The position numbers and the translations under genes are program-made. From positions 1 through 53,943 of IMG/VR virus record IMGVR_UViG_3300035670_000275: a stretch of DNA of 53,943 nucleotides; one strand, written 5' to 3'. The notes beneath the pieces were generated by a model. That model was not told where the DNA came from and did not search any database. It saw nothing but the letters and a program-made list of their open reading frames with translations. Shown here in pieces: positions 47,054-53,943 of the stretch. This DNA is from a virus (lineage: Duplodnaviria > Caudoviricetes). The stretch's first letter is position 1. Each line of letters begins with the position of its first letter.

Positions 47054-48210
47054 TATAGACCTCCCATAGCAGTTTCTCTAGATAGAAGTTGTAGTTCTCT
47101 AAACCCTAAAGATATATTGATCTGAGTTGGCATACCATTGGGGAATGTTGCAAAATTACCATTCGGCGTGTAGTTTATACTCATCTCTTCCAGAACACAA
47201 GAAGTGTGTCTATGTAAATTTGGGTTTTCTATTCCATTTGTATAATAGATTATATCAAATTCGGAAGGGTATATGTAAACATAATTCAGATCACTCTTAA
47301 ATTCTGGATGCATGTGAATCTTAAATTCTCTAATAATGTTCATAATATATGCGGCTTCGTCTGCTGATCTAGGGTAGAATTGATAATCAAAAGTGAATTT
47401 TCTAAAATCAACACCCTTGAATGTTTGTTCTTTCTTTGGGTTTGCTGCAATACCAAGCGCAGCGCTGACTGCTCCAGAGTTAGGTGCTTTTTGTAAGGCA
47501 ATTGCTGATGCAGCTTCTACACCCTGAGAACCCATGTCGGTTAATTTGTTGACAGCACCTTGACGATTTAGGGCTGCCTTAACTGCATCACCAGCCATTT
47601 GTAAATTAGCGGTATCTTCCTCAGACCATTGCATACCATAACGAACTGAGAGTTGGTTTGGTATGTGTAACGCGATAGCTGTTTTTAAACGTCTCTGTGA
47701 ACGAGAAGCGTCTGGAGCCATAACACCAGCGACGCCAGTAATAGCTGCCCCAGTGACAGTAGCTCCAGTTTTAGAACTAGATCCTGTAGCACCACCGTTA
47801 GCTGCAGCGAATATCTGTGTACCTGCATTTGCAGTTGCCAGCTGGCCGACTGACATACCTTTACCAACAAGCGCTCCTCGAAATCTTGGTTCTGTAGTTG
47901 GATCTAATTCAACCGTAGCTTCTTTAATATTTAATCTAGAATCAACAGCGACGTTAATATAAAATATAGCATAATTACCACCATAAACTTCAGACATAAG
48001 ATCTGATGGATACATGTGTTGATTGACTGAGTATTTCTGCGCGTCAAATCCCCCGCCATATGCAGGAACATTTTCTTTATTGGTGTGGGCTTTGTGAAAG
48101 TCGGAAGCTGTGTTTGCCGCAGCTTTATATCCAGCGCCAAGAAAGTCGCTAGTTTTATCAACAGCGCTTCCGATAAAACTATCAATACCTTTACCAAGTT
48201 TTTCTAACAT
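47053..48210 (-). CDS. gp48: Baseplate tail tube cap
   Basis: IALHIP..L...Y...W, NPKKEQTFKGVDFRKFTFDYQFYPRS..EA..I..II..FK, CVLEEMSINYTPNG and LGFREL motifs. Confidence 0.88.
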   Translation of the reverse strand: MLEKLGKGIDSFIGSAVDKTSDFLGAGYKAAANTASDFHKAHTNKENVPAYGGGFDAQKYSVNQHMYPSDLMSEVYGGNYAIFYINVAVDSRLNIKEATVELDPTTEPRFRGALVGKGMSVGQLATANAGTQIFAAANGGATGSSSKTGATVTGAAITGVAGVMAPDASRSQRRLKTAIALHIPNQLSVRYGMQWSEEDTANLQMAGDAVKAALNRQGAVNKLTDMGSQGVEAASAIALQKAPNSGAVSAALGIAANPKKEQTFKGVDFRKFTFDYQFYPRSADEAAYIMNIIREFKIHMHPEFKSDLNYVYIYPSEFDIIYYTNGIENPNLHRHTSCVLEEMSINYTPNGNFATFPNGMPTQINISLGFRELQLLSRETAMGGL

Positions 48211-48218
48211 AGGGTTTC

Positions 48219-48255
48219 CCTAAATACGTTTATTTACAGACTATTATTATTTATG
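48219..48255. promoter_or_regulatory. Overlapping divergent late promoter-like boxes
   Basis: Plus strand CCTAAATA at 48219-48226 towards gp4. Minus strand TGTAAATA (48231-48238) and CATAAATA (48248-48255) towards gp48. Confidence 0.55.
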
Positions 48256-48693
48256 TTCCATAAAAGAAAGTACATTCCCAAAAACCCAGAAAAATACTCT
48301 GGTGATCCAAATAACATAATTATGAGATCTAGCTGGGAAACTAAATTCGCCAATTGGTGTGATTCAAATTCTTCTGTTTTACGCTGGAGTTCGGAAGAGA
48401 CCGTTATACCATATGTCTGCCCAACTGACAATAAACTACACAGATACTTTATTGATTTTAAGGTAAAAATACAACAGAAAGATGGTTCCACTCAAACATA
48501 TCTTATAGAAATAAAACCATTAAAACAGACATTCCCCCCAGATTACCCTGGGAGGAGAACTAAGAAATACCTCATAGAATCAGCAAGTTTTATAAAAAAT
48601 CAAGCGAAGTGGAAGGCTGCTTACGAATACTGTAAAGACAGAAACTGGGTCTTTAAGATTATCACGGAGAAAGAACTCGGCATTTCCAACTAA
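48253..48693 (+). CDS. gp4: Head completion nuclease
   Basis: PKNPEKYSGD...RSSWE..F..WCD, WSSEE..IPY, HRYFIDF, LIEIKP..QT, NQAKW.AA and FKIITEKEL motifs. Confidence 0.93.
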   Translation: MFHKRKYIPKNPEKYSGDPNNIIMRSSWETKFANWCDSNSSVLRWSSEETVIPYVCPTDNKLHRYFIDFKVKIQQKDGSTQTYLIEIKPLKQTFPPDYPGRRTKKYLIESASFIKNQAKWKAAYEYCKDRNWVFKIITEKELGISN

Positions 48694-48696
48694 ATA
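48689..48696 (+). promoter_or_regulatory. Late promoter-like box (ACTAAATA) upstream of gp2
   Basis: TAAATA core containing the gp4 stop codon, 5 nt before the next ATG. Confidence 0.45.
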
Positions 48697-48701
48697 TATA
48701 T

Positions 48702-49334
48702 ATGCCGACGCAAATAAAACAAGCTAAAACCGCTGCACAGTTAGCGATGATGGACGTATTTGAAAAGAACAAATACGACCTATATGTCGCATTCAGAAAA
48801 TCAAAGGCTTGGTATGAACAGCAGATGGTTTTACTTATGAAACAAGGTATTATGCCTTGGACAGTAATGAAAGGAAACCCATCCCAACTTACTGTTAAGA
48901 TTATGCCAGGTAAAATGTACATGTTCGTGTACGACCCAGTTTCAAAAGGAAATCTTCCATATTTTGATAGATTCCCGTGTGTTGTTCTATACCAGAGAAC
49001 TATTTATGGGTTCAGTGGTTTAAATCTACATTATCTTCCTTATCAAATGCGTATAAAATTGCTATACCATATGATGCGTTTTAGAACAAACGCTAAAATG
49101 GATGAGAATACTAGATTGAAGTTTCAATGGCAATCTATTAAGGGTGTGTCCAAATTCGCAGCCGCTGTGCCAGCTTTCCATAATTATAACTTTGCTGGAT
49201 TAAGATCTCAATTCAGAGAAATACGTGCGTATGATTGGACTACTGCTGCATTGCTCCCAGTAGAACAATTCGTTAAATTATCAGATGATAGAATTTGGGA
49301 TAAGTCAAGACAAATAGTTAATAGGATAAGTTAA
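48702..49334 (+). CDS. gp2: DNA end protector protein
   Basis: PGKMYMFVYDP..K..LPYFDRFP, GLNLHYLP...R and W..A.LLPVEQF motifs. Confidence 0.9.
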   Translation: MPTQIKQAKTAAQLAMMDVFEKNKYDLYVAFRKSKAWYEQQMVLLMKQGIMPWTVMKGNPSQLTVKIMPGKMYMFVYDPVSKGNLPYFDRFPCVVLYQRTIYGFSGLNLHYLPYQMRIKLLYHMMRFRTNAKMDENTRLKFQWQSIKGVSKFAAAVPAFHNYNFAGLRSQFREIRAYDWTTAALLPVEQFVKLSDDRIWDKSRQIVNRIS

Positions 49335-50045
49335 ATGGCAAATACTAGAAACAGAGATTTTATCTCAGAAATAAAAACGATTGGTTTAGCGAGAACTAAC
49401 AGATTCACTGTCAGTCTAACGCCACCAGGATCAAACCCTGCTACTATTCGACGAGTTATGTTATTCTGCGAAGTGGCGTCTCTGCCAGGGTTGAATTATG
49501 CTACAACTCAAAATAGAGCATTCGGTGAATTAAGAGAAGTCCCATACGATAAGCTCTTTGATAATATCACGCTAACATTCCACGTTGATAAAAACATGGA
49601 AGTTAAAAAGATATTTGATAATTGGATGCATATGATCCAGAATCCATTAACCAGAACTTTTAATTACTACAACCAATATACAACAGATATGGTAATTGAA
49701 GTTCAAGACTTGATGGATAAAACAACATATCAGATGCAGATGTATGAGGTTTATCCAAAATCTATCTCAGCAATTAACTTGGATGCTGAAGCTAAAGATA
49801 CCATGAGACTCCAAGTAACATTCCAATACAAGTATTGGATGTCTAATGGTATCGAAGAGACCCGCACTGGCCAGAAATTATCCACGGATATGGTTGATAA
49901 ATACTATACAGATTTTACTGGGTTCCAAGAAAGGCTTAAAAAGGGTCTCGGCGAAGCTGGGAATTTTGTTACTGGCGCTGTTGGACAAACTGCTATGAGA
50001 ACTTTCTCCCAAGTAACTTCTAGAATTCCTTCTATTAAATTTTAA
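49335..50045 (+). CDS. gp54: Tube-fold baseplate tube initiator (gp54-like)
   Basis: GLARTNRF.V, CE.ASLPG, ITLTF..D......IFDNWM..I and YEVYPKSI..I.L...VTFQY motifs. A second gp19-fold gene. Confidence 0.7.
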   Translation: MANTRNRDFISEIKTIGLARTNRFTVSLTPPGSNPATIRRVMLFCEVASLPGLNYATTQNRAFGELREVPYDKLFDNITLTFHVDKNMEVKKIFDNWMHMIQNPLTRTFNYYNQYTTDMVIEVQDLMDKTTYQMQMYEVYPKSISAINLDAEAKDTMRLQVTFQYKYWMSNGIEETRTGQKLSTDMVDKYYTDFTGFQERLKKGLGEAGNFVTGAVGQTAMRTFSQVTSRIPSIKF

Positions 50046-50060
50046 TTTTGGATTTTGTTT

Positions 50061-50471
50061 ATGAATATTGATAAGTCGTTATCTCAAGTATTTGATATAG
50101 AAGAAACAACGAAACAAGAAATTGTTGAGTATGTACCTTCAGAAATAGTTGAATTTGATAATAAAGTTGAGTCTGATTACAATACAAGTAGAGATAATTT
50201 ACACGAGCTTTTATCTAAAGGTAAAGAAGCATTAGAAACTGCCTTAACTGTCGCAAAACAATCAGAACACCCAAGAGCATTTGAAGTTGTTGGTAACTTA
50301 ATGAAGCAACTTGCTGATATTAACCAACAATTACTGGACGTTCATCAACAGAAGAAGAAATTAGAAGAACCCTCAAAAATAAACAACAAATCAAACGTAA
50401 CCAACAATTCAATTTTTGTTGGCAGCACAGCTGAATTGAGTAATATGATTAAAAAACTTACAGGAGAATAA
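50061..50471 (+). CDS. gp16: Terminase small subunit
   Basis: DYNTSRDNLHELL.KG.EALE..L.VAKQSEHPRAFEVVGNLMKQLADIN..L...VTNNSIFVGSTAEL, matching the gp16 pattern. Probable start is ATG at 50061. Confidence 0.88.
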   Translation: MNIDKSLSQVFDIEETTKQEIVEYVPSEIVEFDNKVESDYNTSRDNLHELLSKGKEALETALTVAKQSEHPRAFEVVGNLMKQLADINQQLLDVHQQKKKLEEPSKINNKSNVTNNSIFVGSTAELSNMIKKLTGE

Positions 50472-50472
50472 T

Positions 50473-51198
50473 ATGGCTTTACCATTAAATGCAGCACCAA
50501 CATTCACATTAAAAATCCCATCAACTGACAAACAGGTTCGTTATAGACCATTTTTAGTCAAAGATGAAAAAGCGTTAATGATTGCGCAACAATCAGAAGA
50601 CACAACAGTCATGGTTGAAACCCTAAAGAGCGTAATCAAATCATGCGTTGTTGATGATATTAATGTTGATGATTTGGCAACCTTTGATATTGAATATATC
50701 TTTACACAAATCAGAGGTAAATCTGTTGGCGAGACTATTGAGTTATTGTTTGATTGTGATGAAGATCACGGTGAAGAGCTTAACAAAAAGGCAAAATCAA
50801 AAGTCACAATAGATTTGTCTCAGATTAAAGTTAATAGACCAGAAGGTCACACTAATAAGATTGAACTTTTCGGTGATGTTGGTGTTATTATGAAATACCC
50901 AACAGTTAATACCACTAAAGAATTAGAAAAAGATGCAAATGATGTTGATAGCATCTTCAACGTGATAGTAGAATCCATTGAACTAATTTATCAGGGTGAA
51001 GAATTATACTATGCTAAAGAACAGTCGAAAGAAGAACTATTACAGTTCTTAAATAACCTCTCCGCAGAACAATTTGGAAGAATTCAAAAGTTCTTTGAAA
51101 CTATGCCTAAAGTTTCAATTGATATTCAATATACTTGCCCTGTTTGCGGTAAACACCACACTAGACTTCTGGAGGGTCTAACAAATTTTTTCTCTTAA
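50473..51198 (+). CDS. gp26: Baseplate hub assembly chaperone
   Basis: MALP....PTF.LKIPST...VRYRPFLVKDEK.L, FDIEYIF..IRGKSVGE, MKYP, KFFETMPK, CPVCG...LEGLTNFF. Confidence 0.88.
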   Translation: MALPLNAAPTFTLKIPSTDKQVRYRPFLVKDEKALMIAQQSEDTTVMVETLKSVIKSCVVDDINVDDLATFDIEYIFTQIRGKSVGETIELLFDCDEDHGEELNKKAKSKVTIDLSQIKVNRPEGHTNKIELFGDVGVIMKYPTVNTTKELEKDANDVDSIFNVIVESIELIYQGEELYYAKEQSKEELLQFLNNLSAEQFGRIQKFFETMPKVSIDIQYTCPVCGKHHTRLLEGLTNFFS

Positions 51199-51380
51199 AT
51201 CTTTGTCATGATACACTAGCCAACTATTATAAAATGAACTTTTCTTTAATGCAATATCATAAATATTCGTTGGCTGAGTTGGAAAACATGTTACCATTTG
51301 AGAGAGAAATTTATGTACACATGTTAATCCAGTATCTAGATGAAGAAAAACAACGAATCGAATCACAAAAGAGGATGTAA
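51186..51380 (+). CDS. gp51: gp51-like C-terminal segment in the -1 frame (missing from the ORF track)
   Basis: Manual translation: FFLLNLCHDTLANYYKMNFSLMQYHKYSLAELENMLPFEREIYVHMLIQYLDEEKQRIESQKRM*. First ATG at 51234, TAA at 51378-51380. Confidence 0.8.
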   Translation, partial: FFLLNLCHDTLANYYKMNFSLMQYHKYSLAELENMLPFEREIYVHMLIQYLDEEKQRIESQKRM

Positions 51381-51384
51381 TTAA

Positions 51385-53256
51385 ATGGCTTTAGTTACCA
51401 CACAATCTAAACCGTTTATACAGCTAGTAGAACTTCAACAGAAGTCTGTAGATGCATTAAACAAAATTAAAGAAAGCGTTGAGCAAACAGCTGAACGTAA
51501 GAAAGCAGACTCACAGACTTTAATGTTGGAACAAACTAGGAAGCTAGTTCTAATCCAACAGGAATCTCTAAAACTAACTAGAAAAACAGTTCTTGATCAA
51601 GCCAAGCAGATGACTGACTTGACTAAACAGATGAAGAACTGGAAAACTGTTGGTGATAGACTAGGTGATATTAAACGTGGATTGGTGGAAGCAGCCGACC
51701 CAACGAACATCAAACGTAAGCTAATGAGCGCAATGAACGTTGGCGGTATGTTTGATAAGAAAATAGCTGACGCTGATTATATAAAAAATCAAAAGGTTAG
51801 AGGCAGCACAAGATCTACAAAAGAGTTAAAACAAGACGCTAAAGATATGAGAGCGTCTGGTCGCCAAGCACTTAAAGTCAATGAAGAAATTGACAGAATG
51901 CGTAAGACTGGTATGTCTGATGAGGACATCAAGAAGACAGTAAAAGGTAAAGAACTCTTCAAACAAAGAGATTATAACTTAGATAAGTGGAATCAATTAA
52001 ATATTGGCACTGGCGTCCTTGGTAGTAAAAAAGGTGCAACAGAAAAAACTGCACAACCTTTGATTCAATTAGCTTCTGATAAAGGTAAAATAACACAATC
52101 TACGACCGACGTTCTGGCTGACCAACAACAAGCCAGAGAAAATCAACTAGAATCATTAAAAATTGCAGAAAAGCAATCAGACTTATTACAGCAAATTGCA
52201 GCCAACACTGCTACCATGGCTGGTAAGAAGTCTTCTTCTGCAGGTGGCGCCGAGGACTCTGGAACTTCTGGCGCATCGGCAGGTGTTGGTGATTTTTCAA
52301 AATCACTCAAAGGGATAGGAAACGCACTAGGTGGTTTAGGTAAGGGTGTTGGTAAGGCAGTTGGTGGTGCTATTGGTGGGATTTTCCAAGGTATTATGGA
52401 AGGTATTGCTACTGGTATTAAAGCATTCGCCAATATCAAAGTTTTGGCTGGCGTTGCGGTTCTCGGTTTATTGACTGGAGTTATTTGGGGGTTAAGTAAA
52501 GCCCTTGATAATTTCTCAAAAATAGAGTGGCCAACAATTGGTAAAGCTGCGCTTGTTATTGGTGGTTTAATTGCAGCTGCGTATGCAGCTGGTGCTGGAG
52601 GTTTAGTAATAGGTATTGGCGTAGCAGCGTTACTTGGTCTTGCTGGAGCAGTTTGGGCTATCGGCGAAGCTGTTGGTATAATGGGTGATGGTTTAGAGAG
52701 GTTCGTCACTGCGCTTGAACGTCTGCAACAAATAGATGGAGATAAACTGTCGTCAGTCGGCGAAGGTCTAAAAAATCTAGCTGGTGCGTTTGTTTCTTTT
52801 GGTTTAGGGCAAGCCGCAGAAGGTCTTGGTAACCTAGTAAGTAGATTCTTAACAATAGGTACAGATTCTCCAGTTGAACGTCTATTAAAAATCGGAGAAG
52901 CTGGTCCTGGCGTGCAACAAGCAGCAACTGGTTTATCTGGTCTATCAACAGCAATGAAAAACTTTGCTAAAGTAGATTCAGATTCAATGAAGGCTGTTAG
53001 GGAGTTCCCATGGGAACAAGCAACTAAGTTTGTTGCAGCTGGCGGTGCTATGACTATTAAAGGCACTCAAGTTTATGCCGCATCAAAAGGCAATGCTGAT
53101 GAACAAGCAAAGGTTGATGCAAGTGGTAAACAATCTGGTGGAAAAACTAGCGTTAATACTGCAATCAGCAACAATACAACTCAACAGAATATTGTAAAAC
53201 CAAAATCCAGAAATGATGAATCTAGTTATTCTAGATACATAATGTCTAGATTCTAA
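51385..53256 (+). CDS. Tape measure protein-like (gp29 position)
   Basis: 623 aa with coiled-coil N-terminus and a long Gly/Ala-rich hydrophobic centre. Follows gp26/gp51. Confidence 0.65.
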   Translation: MALVTTQSKPFIQLVELQQKSVDALNKIKESVEQTAERKKADSQTLMLEQTRKLVLIQQESLKLTRKTVLDQAKQMTDLTKQMKNWKTVGDRLGDIKRGLVEAADPTNIKRKLMSAMNVGGMFDKKIADADYIKNQKVRGSTRSTKELKQDAKDMRASGRQALKVNEEIDRMRKTGMSDEDIKKTVKGKELFKQRDYNLDKWNQLNIGTGVLGSKKGATEKTAQPLIQLASDKGKITQSTTDVLADQQQARENQLESLKIAEKQSDLLQQIAANTATMAGKKSSSAGGAEDSGTSGASAGVGDFSKSLKGIGNALGGLGKGVGKAVGGAIGGIFQGIMEGIATGIKAFANIKVLAGVAVLGLLTGVIWGLSKALDNFSKIEWPTIGKAALVIGGLIAAAYAAGAGGLVIGIGVAALLGLAGAVWAIGEAVGIMGDGLERFVTALERLQQIDGDKLSSVGEGLKNLAGAFVSFGLGQAAEGLGNLVSRFLTIGTDSPVERLLKIGEAGPGVQQAATGLSGLSTAMKNFAKVDSDSMKAVREFPWEQATKFVAAGGAMTIKGTQVYAASKGNADEQAKVDASGKQSGGKTSVNTAISNNTTQQNIVKPKSRNDESSYSRYIMSRF

Positions 53257-53264
53257 AATGATGA

Positions 53265-53293
53265 AAAGGGAGCTAAAAGCTCCCTTTCTTTTT
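53265..53293. terminator. Intrinsic terminator between convergent genes, probably bidirectional
   Basis: AAAGGGAGCT-AAA-AGCTCCCTTT stem followed by CTTTTT on the plus strand. The upstream A-run gives a short T-tail on the minus strand. Confidence 0.8.
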
Positions 53294-53305
53294 GCCTAAG
53301 ACTTA

Positions 53306-53943
53306 TTAGTCTTCTGCGGCGATCTTCTCAAAGTAAGACATAACGTCTTCATCGTCATCCATTGCTGGTTTAGCCGATGCCTTTGGAGTAAACGCTGGTG
53401 CAGCTTTCGCTGGCTCAGGTGCTTCCATAGAAGCTGGTTCATCTTTGGCCAATTCTGCAGCAGACTTAGCATTGAACCCATCACCAGAAAGAACTTCATC
53501 CAACTTCTTCTTCAGATCAGCGTAAGACTTGAAGTTCTTACGATCTAAGAACTCAGCCAACTTATATTGAGCTTGAGCAACTTCAACAATCTTGTCGTCG
53601 TCACCTAGAGCAACTGGGTCAGAGAATACTGACTCATCATAGTTAGTGAAGCCGTCCTTCTTACGCATACGCAGTTTGAAGTTAGCACCTTCCCAGAAGT
53701 CAAACACGTTGACTGGTTTCTCATCTTCAAAAGTTGGGCGAGCCTTATCCATGATTTTATCAAAGATCTTCTTACCAAACTTGAACAAGAATACCTTACC
53801 CTCATTCTCTGGGTGTTTCGGATCAGAAACAACTAGAATGTTGGCGATGTAAGACAGACGACGCTTTTGGTTTTGCGCAATCTTCTTGTTAGCTTCAACG
53901 CCAGAGTTCCAGAGTTGAGTGTTTAGTTCGCTAACAGGGTCTT
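53306..53943 (-). CDS. gp32: Single-stranded DNA-binding protein, 5' part outside the window
   Basis: Frame is open to the window edge: DPVSELNTQLWNSG...QKRRLSYIANILVVSDPKHPENEGKVFLFKFGKKIFDKI...FDFWEGANFKL...NYDES. Acidic tail DDDEDVMSYFEKIAAED. Confidence 0.96.
   Translation of the reverse strand, partial: DPVSELNTQLWNSGVEANKKIAQNQKRRLSYIANILVVSDPKHPENEGKVFLFKFGKKIFDKIMDKARPTFEDEKPVNVFDFWEGANFKLRMRKKDGFTNYDESVFSDPVALGDDDKIVEVAQAQYKLAEFLDRKNFKSYADLKKKLDEVLSGDGFNAKSAAELAKDEPASMEAPEPAKAAPAFTPKASAKPAMDDDEDVMSYFEKIAAED

Noticed and set aside
579-48197. Numerous 60-125 aa opposite-strand or out-of-frame ORFs in the track
   Set aside because: Each lies within a longer well-supported gene and shows no recognisable motif.
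48253-48693. TnsA-like transposase or homing endonuclease
   Set aside because: Motifs and position next to gp2 and gp48 fit gp4 head completion nuclease. No transposon ends were seen.
52143-53066. 307-aa antisense ORF inside the tape-measure-like gene
   Set aside because: Pro/Ala-rich mirror of Gly/Ala codons on the coding strand, with no RBS or motif. A shadow ORF.
1-53943. tRNA, rRNA, CRISPR array, integrase or IS element
   Set aside because: Intergenic gaps are all short (under about 80 nt) and none showed such structure by eye. A covariance-model scan would be needed to exclude small RNAs.

Overview
The window is the virion-morphogenesis region of a large T4-like myophage with cyanophage/pelagiphage-style gene architecture. 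The minus strand (1-48210) carries baseplate genes (gp48, gp53, hub, gp5, PAAR, gp25, gp6, gp7, gp8), a 2392-aa structural protein, tail fibres, neck genes gp13/gp14/gp15, terminase gp17, sheath gp18, tube gp19, portal gp20, gp67 and part of protease gp21. The plus strand (48253-53256) carries gp4, gp2, gp54, a displaced small terminase gp16, gp26/gp51 and a tape-measure-like gene, converging on a partial gp32. The most unusual feature is a 9-gene overlapping cassette (15474-24007) between two tail-fibre genes. It encodes two radical SAM/SPASM enzymes, a cobalamin-binding radical SAM enzyme, two paralogous cupin-type oxygenases, three unknown proteins and a 194-aa structural-looking protein ending in CHSSCHSSCHGSI. 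I infer a RiPP-like post-translational modification system acting on a virion protein. A candidate programmed -1 frameshift joins gp26 to the gp51 C-terminal segment just upstream of the tape measure gene. All assignments come from motif recognition and gene order; no database search was run.
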